Part shown: one piece after another, positions 1 to 12,182 of the stretch
Position numbering within the stretch: position 1 is the first letter of the stretch
Layout of the letters: every line of letters begins with the position of its first letter
From: Vitrella brassicaformis CCMP3155
Lineage: Eukaryota > Protista > Chromerida
DNA length: 64,000 bases
Direction of reading: 5' to 3'
NCBI GenBank assembly: GCA_001179505.1
Contig: CDMY01000236.1
Location: 93,246 to 157,245, forward strand
The notes under the pieces: model-generated
What the model saw: the letters and a program-made list of their open reading frames with translations, nothing else
Databases searched by the model: none
Told to the model about the DNA's origin: nothing
Position numbers and translations under genes: made by a program

Positions 1-70
1 AGCGGCACTGCACTCTCTGGCCCTCTCTGTCGACCCACACCCGCCCCGAGACCCATCAAAGCCACACAGA

Positions 71-1477
71 ATGGCGCCATCGTACCCAGCAACAAAGGCC
101 AAGTCGGCGCAGACATTGGAGAGGGCGAAGGCGGCGGCCGATGTGATCAGTGACGTTGTGTTGAGCCGGCTCGATGCTGCTGCTGCTGCTGGTGACGGAG
201 TGCCGTTCAGCGTGTGTGAGGCGCTGGGGGATGTGTTGGGCGTGGTGCGGGGGGTGGGCGGGGAGATTGAGGGGACGTATGGGCGGGTGCCGCTGTACAC
301 CATGGGCGCGCTGGTGCTAAAGGTACGCAAGTCGACAGCAAGACATTGGTCTGTGTGTGGGTTGACCGTTTGTTTCCTTGGCTGCCCTCGTGTGTGTGTC
401 TGTTGTCAGTATGGCGTGGATTGGTCGGCGCTGCAGCCCTACCGGGACGACATCATACGGGACCACGACCGTCAGGGCAACCCCATTCCCCTTGCCGCCA
501 TCCTTTCGTCCGATCGGCTGTTTCACCAGGTGCTCAGCTACGCCCAGATCGTCAATGCGTCATCCCCCGCTGGCCGCATCGAGTCGCTCACCGCCCTTGC
601 GCTCACACAGGGGCTGGCCAAGGTGCGGCCGGTCGCTCTGTGTGCCCTCGCCGTCACTGTTGCCCTCTACATGACGGCCCCTTCCCTCGCACACCTGCTT
701 TTCTCATCAATGCAAGACGCCGCCGCACAACAAGCCGAGGAAGAGGAAAAGAGAGGCGGTGGTGGCGAGAGGTCGGATGGGACGCATGATGCGTGGTCTG
801 AGGGCGAGTGTCGGCCGCTGGTGGATGGTGTGGACGTGTGGCTGCCCCAAGACACGGGCGACTGCTTCCTCGAGGACTGTGAGAGCGACCTCGTCAGCAC
901 ACTCGCCTTCACCACACAGCGGTCCATCCACGACCCCTGGTGGCGCCAAGTGTCATCCCCTGCGGATGGCGCGCACCCTCTGCGGCCTTCCTACACTGTG
1001 GCTGTCGGTCTCATAGCCACCGGTCTCCTGGGCGGCCCCCCTGACTGCCTTGTCCGGCCGCCATCGTCACTCCTGGGCTCTTCCTACGGCGTGCAGCAGT
1101 GGCGAGAGCACGGAGAGCGCGTCAAGGACATGAAGGACAAGAGGGGCACGGCAGACGATGTGCAAAGGCGAGCGAGAAAGGCCGCACTGAGACGCAGGCT
1201 GCCACGTGATCTGCACAACGAAGCGAGTAGCGGGTGTTGTGGGTCTGTGGATGAGGAAGTAGTGGGCCATGGCCGAGTGTTTCACTGCTCGGCCAGTGAG
1301 CGGATGGTAAGTCTGTGTGTGTGGATGGGTGGGTGGGTGGTCAGGGAGACAGAGAGGACGTTCGGTGGCAGCAGCGAGAGAAACGGGGCAAGATGTGTGT
1401 CGCGTGAGTGCATTGCGAAGCTGCATGCCCTGCTGAGGGAGGCTAGGAAAGATCTGGCTGACTTGAGTAAGGACTGA
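71..1477 (+). CDS. Uncharacterised protein, probably a lineage-specific family
   Basis: Long ORF with coding-like composition. In-frame GT-AG intron at 323-409 (87 nt) and a second donor at 1307. No recognisable domain; 3' end uncertain. Confidence 0.55.
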   Translation: MAPSYPATKAKSAQTLERAKAAADVISDVVLSRLDAAAAAGDGVPFSVCEALGDVLGVVRGVGGEIEGTYGRVPLYTMGALVLKVRKSTARHWSVCGLTVCFLGCPRVCVCCQYGVDWSALQPYRDDIIRDHDRQGNPIPLAAILSSDRLFHQVLSYAQIVNASSPAGRIESLTALALTQGLAKVRPVALCALAVTVALYMTAPSLAHLLFSSMQDAAAQQAEEEEKRGGGGERSDGTHDAWSEGECRPLVDGVDVWLPQDTGDCFLEDCESDLVSTLAFTTQRSIHDPWWRQVSSPADGAHPLRPSYTVAVGLIATGLLGGPPDCLVRPPSSLLGSSYGVQQWREHGERVKDMKDKRGTADDVQRRARKAALRRRLPRDLHNEASSGCCGSVDEEVVGHGRVFHCSASERMVSLCVWMGGWVVRETERTFGGSSERNGARCVSRECIAKLHALLREARKDLADLSKD

Positions 1478-2160
1478 GAAGATCCCAGCTGGTTCGTCGG
1501 TCAATGCATCTAAGCATCCAAGCCACCCATCCATATCCACATGAATGCACCACTCCAGGACCTACGCACGGCACGCATCCCATCAGCATGATGCAACTCT
1601 GTCCGTTGACAAACACTGGAATATAAAATGTAGGCAGCCATGAAATCACACAGCCATGTAATAGTGGCCATCATCGCCTCATCGCTCCCAACCTCGCCCA
1701 CCAGCCCACCTGCTCACTGGGACCCTTCTGACCGCCGGTCTCAAACAACATTCCTCCTGCCGGCACGGCGTCGCCCTCGTCTCTCGGTGGCCGCCGAAGC
1801 GGCCAAGTATGCGGTAACACACAGACGAGAAGAGACACGATGAAGTGCTCTCAGCGTCTTCCTTTCTCCCTCCCCTACATACCTGTGGGGCCGCGATCGA
1901 CGCTGCAGCCAATGTTGGATGAAGTACTAGGAGAGGCCCACAGATGTGATGAGGTGGAGACGGCGATCCACCTTCACACAGACGCGAGACACGTGAGTTG
2001 ATCAGTACAGCATATTTGACAGCTCACATTCGACGTGCAAACGGCTGGGAAGGCGGTGCGGTTGAGGGTCGTTATCGGTCGATCAGATATAAAATGTAGC
2101 CAGCGATCTGCCGACCAGCAACATTGTAAAGATAAGCAGGCCGGCTGTCTCGGTGTTGTG

Positions 2161-4338
2161 TCAGTGAGCACACCTGCTTGTGAGCTCACGCCTCTTCATT
2201 GGGGGGCCGATGAGTGGTGCTGGGGGGGCTTTCCCTCCTAGGGCGGCGGCTGTGATGTTTGACGAGGGGCGGGGAGGGGGACCTGACGGCCTCGGGGGAA
2301 GGAGGATACCACACAATGGCGTGAAAGGTGGTGCCGATGCCCCGCTGGCTGGTGTGCGAGAGGGAGGGTGTGATGGCTGGGAAGGGGGCAATGCTGGCGG
2401 CGGCCGCAGCAGTGGGGCAGGGGAAGGAACCGGTGGAGCAGACCCACAGGGGCCTGGGGGGCCGTCGACATTCTCACCTGATTGACTGATTCATCAAAAG
2501 AAGCAAAAGAGTATACAGACAGATGTAATTGATGGTCTGAGAATATATATCTGTGTCTGTGTACCAGCGAGGCGCCTGCGGTGCAGTGAAGCCGCCTTGA
2601 CCATCTCCTTCTGAACAGACACAGACACACACAAACACCGATCGTTTGATCAATGGACCGCACCGCAGCGGATCGATGCATTAATGAACGAATGAATCAT
2701 GTGTGTGGCTCTGTCATGGCTGGCTGATAGGCGGGCGTACCTTCTCCCTCGCCAACTTGGCTATCAGGTTCTCGCGCCGCCGTATTGTGTCCACCAGCTC
2801 GATGATCTGCTCTGCACACACACACGGTAGACAGACACACACACATACATCTCATCCAAGGTGCTGTGCTGTGTTGTGTAATGTTCTGTTGTTAAGACCT
2901 ACCTTGTGAGTAGCAGTACTTGTCGAGGAGCCTGGTGACCTCAAGATACAGCGTCCTCGAGTTGTACTTCGCGAGGCCTGCGCGGCACACAGCACAGCAG
3001 ATATATATATCAGTCAGATCAATGAATGCAGTCAGTCCTTGTGTCTGTCAAGGAGCGAGGCTGGCTCACTCACTCCGAATGAATGAATGAATGGTTTGCT
3101 TACGGTTCTCTTGGACCTCCTTCCACAGGGTGCCCTCGTCGACGAGCTGGCTGTAGTTGAGCTCCAGCAGTGTGGGGGCCTCCTCAATCGACTGGAAGAG
3201 GCTCCCTGGTGGCCTTGCCGGCGGCTCGCCAGCGCACCAGATGGGCGGGCGGGACAATGTCATGGTGCGGCGCCGAAGGTCCTCACGCAGTCGCTGCCGA
3301 CAACTTGACGGAAGTGATGGGCACCTGACGGAAGTGCTCAGGCGCCTGCAACAAATGCCGTACATAAACACAACATAACAAAACACAACACACGTCACGT
3401 ATGCAACGTGCATCTCTTCGCCGCTCTCGCTGTGTGTTCGTTGGTGCTCACCATGTACAGCAGGTCTCCGACCATCGTCTGCGTGTCCGTCAGCACACTA
3501 CCTACCGGCACGCAAAAGTCGAAATCGATGAGTACCACACTCCTGATGCTCCCGCCTGCGGTGCAGTGCGGCCGCCTTGCCCATCTCCCTCTGAACGGAC
3601 ACACACATACATAGGTTGATCCACGCACACCGGATCGATGACTGAATGAATCATGTGTATGGCTCATCGCTGATACTATTAGGCGTACCTTTTCCCTCGC
3701 CAGCTTGGCTATCAGCTTCTCGCGCCGGTCTATCGTCGCCACCAGCTCTTTGATGTGTTCTGCACACACACACGGTCGACAGACAGGCGCTGTATTGTGT
3801 TGTATTGCTAAACCTACCTTTCAACCAGCAGTAGTCCTCGAGAAGATGAGTCACCTCGAGATACAGGGTCCTTGAGTTGTACTTGTCCAGTCCTGCACAC
3901 AGCACACAGCAGACGTCAGATGCAGTCAATTGTCAATTGGATGCAGTCTTTGTGTCGAGTAGGCTGGCTCAGAATGGTTTGCTCACGTTTCTCCTTGACC
4001 TCCCTCCAGACCGTCTTCTCCTTCAAGAGCTTCTGGTAGTCCAGCTCCCGCAGTCCAGGGGCCTCCTCAGGTGACTGATAGAGGCTCCCGGGTGGCCTTG
4101 GCGGCGGTTCCCCAGCGCACCAGATGGAAGGTTCAGTCATGGTGCGGCGCCGAAGGTCCTCACAGTCGCTGCCCCGCGCGCATTCGTCACGCACTCGCTC
4201 ATAGCGAGGGATGGCGTCCAATTGCAGGAGGAGGCGCAGGCGCCGGGAGGGATGCTCTACGATGGCGGGAGGGAAAAAGGGACGCAATATGATGACAGAA
4301 GGAGGAAGAAATGCGCCCAGAATGCGGCGGAATACCAT
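2161..4338 (-). CDS. Multi-exon protein with two tandem copies of a 4-exon module followed by a Pro-rich region; 3' end unresolved
   Basis: Two copies each of EDLRRRTMT..IWCAGEPP.RPPGSL.QS.EEAP, GL.KYNSRTLYLEVT.LL..YC, AE.I.ELV.TI.RRE.LIAKLAREK and (R/K)EM.KAA.LHRRR, each bounded by GT-AG. Pro-rich exon at ~2165-2478. Confidence 0.6.
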
Positions 4339-4960
4339 ATTTTCTCCCTCTGATGGAGCAGGGCGAAAAAAATCAAACGTCTCGTCTCGCGGGATTTCTC
4401 GCCAAGGAGGTCAGGGTCCCATTATTCATTCTCGATAGGTGGAATAGAAACCGCCAGCCACGTCCAGCCTCGCTCCGCTCTGCACTGTTGCCTCTCCCCC
4501 GTGCGCCAGTTCAGATGTGCTCATATGTACAACAGACAGACAGACTTCTTCTGAGGTGATGTGAAAGCGATTGATTGCCGTTCGGATAGTGCTTTAGTTG
4601 ACGTGCATGGCTCAGGAGCGGACACACGAATTGACCAACCACCGACACAACAAAAACAATCCATGCAGCGGTGTCAGTTGGATGGCTGCACATCCCCCCT
4701 CTCAACTCCCCTCTCCACACACAGGACGTCACGCACCACTAGACACGGCAAAACTGTCTCTCTGCACGCCGAGTGATGAGTCTCCCTCTCCCCCTAGCCA
4801 TGCCAATCACATAAACGCACACACCGCCTCTCTGAGACCGTCACTCCATGCACACTCTGCTGGCCAGCGCTACTGTTAACACCAATGACCTCTACCTGTC
4901 CATGCATCCCCTCCATCCCTCCATCTGCTACACCATCATTATGGCGTCCTGGCCGGCTAA

Positions 4961-6670
4961 CTAGTTGATGCCCAGCGGCTGGAAGAGGCCGATCTCATTG
5001 ACCCACCCTAACTGACCCCAACCGAACTGACAGTCGTCATTCCCTAGGTGGCTGTTGAAGCCCTTGATCACACCAGTCAGCCCATATCGGGCCGCCTCGT
5101 CCAGCCGCGCCCTGTGGACCACCTCGCGCAGACCCACGCGCCGCACACTCGTCCCCTGTATGACGGCGAAGCACTGGAGGGGCACCCGCACCACCCGACC
5201 GCCCACACTGGCCATGCCGCCGATGACCTCCTGATTGCCGGCCGTCTTGGTGGCTGCGCACTTGACGAAGTGCTGCATGGCCCTCTTGATGCGGTTGGCC
5301 ACCTCGGCCTGCCCGAGGGTGACGGTGTCGACGGCCTCTGGCTTGTGCAGGAAGGCACCGATCTTCCATGCCACCTGGGGCAGCAGTGGAGTCAGCACGC
5401 TGGCGGCGTCACGCTGGGGGCAGAGGGCGCCGTTGACGCCGTCCATGACGGCCTGCGGCAGCTCGTCGTTGAGGACGGTCAGGTACTCGGCCAACACCAC
5501 ACCATGGGCCTCTCGGTCGGACTGGGTGGCGTTGGGTGGCAGCTGCTGTGGCGTCCGCACCATGTCGATGGCTGCCCCCGATGCCAGCAGTGTGCGGATG
5601 GCCCGCTGCAGCGGGATCTCATCGCGCGGCACTAAGGGATACTCCTCCTCACCAGCATCACCTTGGCTGCGCAACTGGGCGACCCTCATGGCAGCGCGGC
5701 CCAAGGGCGTCTGGTGGGCGCCAAATTCCCCTCGGGCTGGGGCTGTGTTGATCTGTGCGGGGCTGAGATGCTGACACAGCCACTCGATCATGTGATACGA
5801 CGAGTTGTGTGCCGCTTCCGGCAGGGCCGACTCGACGATGCTGGCGCCGTTGTCCATCATCAGCTGCAGGTAGCCGTGGATGAAGCCCTCTGAGTAGATG
5901 GGGCCAATCGTGGCTGCGTAACCGATGACATTGCTGCCAACAATTGCCTCGGTGACGAGAGAGGGGTCGAGCTTGACGAGGTAGTTGAAGATATCCATCA
6001 GGGCCGCCTCATAATGCTCGCTGGAGTGAACCCGACGTGGGAGGCTGAGCAGGTACAGTCCTAGTCGTGCTTGTCCTGATGGATGTCCACGCAGAACCGC
6101 CCCGTGTGCGACGAGTGTCTTGACCGCTGTGAGGTTGCCCGCACGTACGGCTGTCTGGATAGGGCACTTGCTATGACCCTCAATACTCAACCCCGGGCGG
6201 CCCAACCAGGTGCCCGCTACAAATGATGGCCCATCGACGCTAGCACCCTCCTGGATCAGAGCCGACAGGATGGCCGCCTGCGCCTCGCGTGACGGCCACA
6301 GCGGCAAGACGAGCCATCTGCCGTCCCTGCCGTCTCGCCCGAAGCATAGCCCGCGCTCGAGTGCCGTGGGAGCGCTCCAGTCGTCGATGGCCAATGACAG
6401 CAGACACACATACAGCTCGATTTGGATGCGTGATCCCCCACTCAGGGTGATCGTGGTAATGAGGTCGATGCGGATCCGGCGGTCGGCCCCCTTGCGGACG
6501 AGCCTCCGGATGCCGTCAGGTGTGATTGCGCGTCGCAGGATGCCCTGGACGAGCCGCTTGGTGGCATTGCTGGTGTTGGGCGGGAAACGGGCCTCCACCT
6601 TCTCTATCTTCATCTCCTGCTGTAGTGGCTGTGGCTGTGGCTGCTGCCCGGCTGATGAAGAGGCCGACAT
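4961..6670 (-). CDS. Ankyrin-repeat-like protein with a family-specific C-terminal domain; intronless CDS
   Basis: ~569-aa ORF (true ATG at 6670). Ankyrin-like segments CPIQTAVRAGNLTAVKTLVAHGA, TPLGRAAMRV and IRTLLASGA. Confidence 0.75.
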   Translation of the reverse strand: MSASSSAGQQPQPQPLQQEMKIEKVEARFPPNTSNATKRLVQGILRRAITPDGIRRLVRKGADRRIRIDLITTITLSGGSRIQIELYVCLLSLAIDDWSAPTALERGLCFGRDGRDGRWLVLPLWPSREAQAAILSALIQEGASVDGPSFVAGTWLGRPGLSIEGHSKCPIQTAVRAGNLTAVKTLVAHGAVLRGHPSGQARLGLYLLSLPRRVHSSEHYEAALMDIFNYLVKLDPSLVTEAIVGSNVIGYAATIGPIYSEGFIHGYLQLMMDNGASIVESALPEAAHNSSYHMIEWLCQHLSPAQINTAPARGEFGAHQTPLGRAAMRVAQLRSQGDAGEEEYPLVPRDEIPLQRAIRTLLASGAAIDMVRTPQQLPPNATQSDREAHGVVLAEYLTVLNDELPQAVMDGVNGALCPQRDAASVLTPLLPQVAWKIGAFLHKPEAVDTVTLGQAEVANRIKRAMQHFVKCAATKTAGNQEVIGGMASVGGRVVRVPLQCFAVIQGTSVRRVGLREVVHRARLDEAARYGLTGVIKGFNSHLGNDDCQFGWGQLGWVNEIGLFQPLGIN

Positions 6671-7299
6671 GATCCTCAAGTCCTGCGCACAGCAGAATCA
6701 CACACAACACATGGTCAGTTGCTATCACACTTGGTGTGATGTGCCGCCCTGCTGTACCTGAGAACTGGTCACTGAAAAAGGGCTCCAGACGCCGTGACTG
6801 AGCCAGTCACGTTGACGAACCTACGCCAAGCGGTCTGCACGAACACAAGCAGCACGGTCGGCTGCTGTCGGACAACAGGAGGGATCCGCGCACCTGATCT
6901 TTTGTGAGGGCTCGTCAGTCCGTCAGCAGCTGGCCGCTGACTCCTCGGACCGCCACGCAACGACAGCAATGCTGCCTGCATGGACAGACAGGGGGAATAA
7001 GCAGATGCATCCATCCTTTTGGCAAGATCTCCTTCTCCATCTCTTTGCCGCAGTACCAGAGATCTGCGCTTCGATTTGTTCTCCTAGGCCACTCCCTCCT
7101 GAAACCGCAATCTTGGCCATGATACGTTCCGCGCTTTACCCTAAATCATTGCTCCTCATCAGCATAAAAGAAAATCGCTCCTGCGGGGGTCTACATATAG
7201 TTGGCTCTGCTTCGTGCCGACCGTTGACCGGCGTGTTGCGTTCGTCGGTCAGTGAGACGAGCGTGTTGCAGGTGGCTCGAGCCTTGCATCGGCACAGCA

Positions 7300-9098
7300 G
7301 CTGAAGGCAGGTGCAGCAGGGCATTGCAAAGACACTTACTTGCACCGACACATACAGGAAGGTGGCTCGGAAGACCAGGGTGAGTCAGGGAGTCAGAGCC
7401 AGTCTGTCGGTCTGTCCTGCATATTGGCTCTCTGCGTTTGGCGTGTGTTGTGTCGGTTCCCAGGGTCGCAAGACGGGCAAGCGTTCGGGCAAGAAGGCCG
7501 CCAAGGAGGAGACCTCGAACAACAAATACGTGAGCAGCTGACATGCATGCAGTGCCATCCTCCACACAGCCGGCATGGCGTGCTGTCTTCTCTGTCCGTA
7601 TCCGTCTGTCTGGCTGACAGGTGTACCTGCACCACAAGAAGCCTGCTCCCAAAGGCTGCCTCGAGTCGTGGCTTGAGGACGGCTCCGCCGACCTCATCCG
7701 GCACCCGGAGAAGTCCAAGATCCCCAGCGTCAAGATGCCGCCCCGCATGACCAAGCGGCAGAGGAAGCGCGCCGAGAAGAAGGCCCAGGAGAAGCGCGAC
7801 ATCAGGGCGAACAACTACCTGGAAAGGCAGGCCGTGTTCCAGAACGCCCACAGCCGTCTGGCCGAGGCGTCCCACATGACGGAGGAGGCTGTGCGAACGG
7901 ACGAGTACGGACAGTATAGGAGTGTGATTCACCAGAACCGGACCAAGCAGGAGGTCAGAACATGAGCAGGGGGGACCTGGGACAAGTGAATGTCTGTCTG
8001 TCTGTCTGTCTGCCTGTCTGTGCGTGTGTGTGGGTGGGTGTGGGTGTGGGTGTGGGTGATATCAGGAGTTTAGCGTGACAGGTGTTGAGGAGTATGTGAA
8101 GGAGCTGCCCCCCTACGTGTTGGAGGCCCGCAGCGACACCGTCAACTGCATGATCCGGGACAGCGTTGAGTTGAAGGTCAGCCACACACAACACCCNNNN
8201 NNNNNNNNNNNNNNNNNNNNNNNNNNNNNNNNNNNNNNNNNNNNNNNNNNNNNNNNNNNNNNNNNNNNNNNNNNNNNNNNNNNNNNNNNNNNNNNNNNNN
8301 NNNNNNNNNNNNNNNNNNNNNNNNNNNNNNNNNNNNNNNNNNNNNNNNNNNNNNNNNNNNNNNNNNNNNNNNNNNNNNNNNNNNNNNNNNNNNNNNNNNN
8401 NNNNNNNNNNNNNNNNNNNNNNNNNNNNNNNNNNNNNNNNNNNNNNNNNNNNNNNNNNNNNNNNNNNNNNNNNNNNNNNNNNNNNNNNNNNNNNNNCAAC
8501 CCCCCCCCCCCCCCCCCTCTCCCATCACACACTCACAACACCCTTGGATGGCCCCGGGGGTGTATTGTATTGTGATGGTGCACACACAGGTGAAGGAAGG
8601 GACCACCACGTTCGCTGTGCATCTGATGGACCGCTACATGCACCACATGGCCAAGCAGGGCAAGGCACTCTCGGCGCACCACTACCTGCCGGTGCGTCTG
8701 ACTGACTGACTGTCCACACAGAGAAGTCCCCCAATGCATGGCTCCAGTGTGTGTGTGTATGTCCTGCAGATCGGTTACACGTGTTTGTTGATCGCGAGCA
8801 AGATGGCGAGCACGATCAGGGAGGAGCAGGTGCCCATCGCCAAGTTGGTCAAGTGTGCCGCTAACCTCACCTACACCCCTGGACGGAGCTCGCTGCCGAT
8901 GTGGCGATGCCACATATTGCTGCCTACACTTTATATTCGTCAGTGTGTGTCGCTGTTCTTCTCGCTGTCCAAATGATTCCGGCCATGCGAACGGTACCCA
9001 CACCCACTCCCACCCCCCAACCAACACCCGCCACCCACCACTCACGCGTTTCTGTTTCGTCGATTCAGGGAGTGCTGAATACTGTGCTGGCCAAGTGA
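7300..9098 (+). CDS. Cyclin-like protein (N-terminal cyclin box clear; start and C-terminal half uncertain)
   Basis: Spliced exons give ARSDTVNCMIRDSVELK|VKEGTTTFAVHLMDRYM...HYLP|IGYTCLLIASKM, matching the cyclin-box pattern (R..W...T..LAV..DRF...G.TCL.IASK). One intron contains the N gap. Confidence 0.7.
8197..8496. other. Assembly gap (300 N) inside a cyclin intron
   Basis: Run of N characters. Confidence 1.
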
Positions 9099-10293
9099 AG
9101 CAACGATGCCCACTTGCCGCGGCTGGGCCAGCGGGACTGGCAATGAACCACACACACACACAAGCGGGCGGCGACTGACCGGTGAGAAGGAACAGATGAC
9201 ATGGATGGTGTGGTGTGGTGTGGTGTGTGCGGTCACCGTCTCATCGGTCTCTCTCTGCGGGCGTGTTGTATGTCAATCAGGTGTTAGCTGGAATGTGCTG
9301 CCTCGCCTCGCCTCGCCTCGCCTCGATGAATGCATGGATGGCTGGCTGGCTGGATGGATGGATTCCCCTGCCCTGTCTTATGTATAGCGAATTGGCAGCC
9401 TTTTCTGTTTTGGCCACTCAGAGAGGCCCACCCACCCACCCATCAGCTTGCACACCACACAACAAAGCAAAACACTATCTGCCTATCGCTGGCTGCTTGT
9501 CCTGCATTGATTGCATGTGTGATGCGACAGACAGACAGTGGATGAACCATGTATTGTATTGTAGACACCCACCCTGAAGCAACGGGGGCAGGCCGGGATT
9601 CAGGGACCCAGCTTGCCCTTGTCTCTTCCCTCCTTGTATATCAGCCAGCCCACCTCTGAGATGCATGTGTGTGTGTAGGTGGGATGGATGGCCGGATGGA
9701 TGGATGCAATGGATGTGTGTGTATGTGTATGTGATGGGGTGGCATCCGGCGGTATACATGCATCTGTACATATGGTGTCCGCTTGTATCGTCACGTACGT
9801 ACAGACTCACTCACTCAGAGAGGTTCATTCACCAACTCACTCACACACACAAAGACCCCAACCAACTCTGCCCATGTGCGCACACAACACGCTGTGTGTC
9901 GCTGCCTGCTTGTATTGTATTGCATCGTATTCTATTGTATTGTATTGATGTATTGCATTGGATACATCGAGCGCCGTTTTTGTGCCCCGCGTGCCTTCCC
10001 AACACCACCTTCCTCAGCCAGCGAGACTCACTGACTGCATTGCCCGATGGATCATGGATGGATGGATCTCCCTTGCCACATGCATGAGCCATGGATGAGT
10101 GTGATGGAGAGACCAGGCACGCTATCCCCTACGGGTGGCTAAGCTCGCAGAGAGACACAGAAGCTCGCAAAGAGTGGCACCTTTCCCCGTCGCTCCTCAT
10201 GCCCTCTCTTAGTGCCCTTGACAGCCATTGTCCGCCGATGAGTTTTCCTGCAGTTTTCTTGTCCCTTTGAGGTGACCTCTTGCAGCCGGCAGG

Positions 10294-12182
10294 ATGGGCA
10301 AGGAGGTGGTCAAGGAGGCACACTGCCTGAGCATCGACTGCTCATTGGACGACTGCATAGACGAACAGAGCACATGGAGGCCCACTATCGGATTCATCGG
10401 TAACAAAATGCCGCAAAATTCTGTCATCAGACTGGTCACTGCTGTTGAGTTTTCTGCGTGTGTGTGTTTGTGCAGGTTGCGGCACCATCGGCGGCCGTCA
10501 TGTGGAGAATTTCCTCGAGAATGGTCCGTATGCCTGTTGTGTTGCAATGTCCGGTATTTCATTTTATGATGGCTTATCTATCGCAGGCTATGCGGTTTGT
10601 GTATATGACATCAGCGCCACCAGGATGGCCGAAACGAAGGCCATCGGCGCCAAGCTGACCGCCGGATGCTACGAGTGTGCTGCTTCCAGCGACGTCATCT
10701 TCACCTCGCTGCCCACCCCTGCCGACGTGTCCAAGGCCGTCCTCGATGAAGATACGGGCATCCTACGCGCCATTGCGCCCGGGAAGATATACGTCGACAT
10801 CACGTGGGCACAACAAACGTCTGCCAGATCGCTGTGCCTTCTCCTTTTCTTCCTTTGATGTGCAGCACTAATTCGACAGCGATGGTTCACAGATTGTGTG
10901 GGGCGATTGAGGCGAGGGGCGGCGAGATGCTGGACGCCCCCTTCAACGACTGCCCTGTGGGGGCGACGAGCATCTATGGGATGGGCCTGGCGGTGCTGGC
11001 CTCGGGCAACATCGACACCTTCCATAGAGTGCACCATCTACTCGCCCTCATGGCCGATAACGTCCTCTACTGCGGGAGCATCGGCAAGGGCACCGAATGC
11101 AAACTGGTCCGTCCGTCAGGGAAATGGGAGGGGGGGAGATGGTCTGCGTATATGTTGTGGTGGTTCGGTGGTTGGTTGGGTGTGTGTGTGTGTCAGATCC
11201 ACAACGCAGTGAATGCAGTAGCGGTGCAGGCCGTGTCTGAGGGCGTCACTCTGGGCCTCGCAGCCGGCATCCCACTCAACACCATTTGGGATGGTACGCA
11301 CAACAACACATGACACAATACAAAGCCGGCTGGCTGATCGACGGATGCATTCATATGTGAGCTCCGTGTGGATGGATGCAGCTCTGCGTCTGGGCGCCTT
11401 CGGCCAGAATGCCGGCGACATTCACGGTGGGGGGTGGGTAACTACACTGGACAGACAGACAGGCAGACAACACACGCATGGCACAGGCACAGGCACGTCG
11501 ATGTCTGTCTGCCTGTCTGTCTGTCTGCCTGTGTTGTCAGGCCTTCCGCACTACTGGTTCAGCCGTCGTATGGACTCTGACGCCTGCCCGCCGGCCTTCA
11601 CCGTCAAGCTGCTGCGCAAGGACCTGCGGCTCACGCTGGCCCTCGCCAAGGAGCGGGACGTGCCGGTGCCGCAGATCAGCGCCACCGAGCAGGAGTACAT
11701 GGAGGCCGAGAAACGCGGATGGGCTCACTGTGCTGCCACCAAAGGTAGGTGCGATGGATGCATAGCTGTGGTGTGGCAATGGTGCGGTGCACATGTGGAT
11801 TGACTCCTCTGTTGTTCCTGTTGCCTTCGTCTCAGTGCGTTGTTTGCAGGAGGCGCGGGCGGGCGTCGTGGCAAGTGAGTGACGCGGGTGGCATACACAT
11901 GACGTGGATGGCTGGCTGGCTGGCATGAGGGTTGTTGTACTCCGTTGTTGTTACTCTTCAGAGGGCGATGTACCTTTGCTGCCACACCCCATGATGCAGT
12001 GCGGGTCCGCCCCGAGCTCGCCCAGAAGCGCACCCAGCGCCTCCCGCACAGCCAATCGCAAGTCGGCGGCATGCATCAGCCGTGAGTGCCCCCTGTGGAT
12101 GGTGGTGGTGCTCGTGGTGGTCACCAATCTCGTGCAGTGGGTACTGCGCGGTGCGGTGCAGGGGGATGGCTGGTGGCTGTGA
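10294..12182 (+). CDS. Beta-hydroxyacid dehydrogenase (3-hydroxyisobutyrate / 6-phosphogluconate dehydrogenase-like family) with a C-terminal hydrophobic tail
   Basis: Spliced TIGFI|GCGTIGG (Rossmann GxGxxG), SDVIFTSLPTP, MLDAP, GKGTECKL|IHN (catalytic Lys) and FTVKLLRKDLRLTL. Final exons 11836-11874 and 11962-12182 join in phase. Confidence 0.85.

Noticed and set aside
1945-1978. 12-bp hairpin with a C-box-like GTGATGA
   Set aside because: No D box nearby; a short stem of this kind is expected by chance in GC-rich DNA.
2180-2485. Gly-rich plus-strand ORF
   Set aside because: It is the antisense shadow of the Pro-rich minus-strand exon.
8075-8609. ORFs spanning poly-X
   Set aside because: Artefacts of the 300-N gap.
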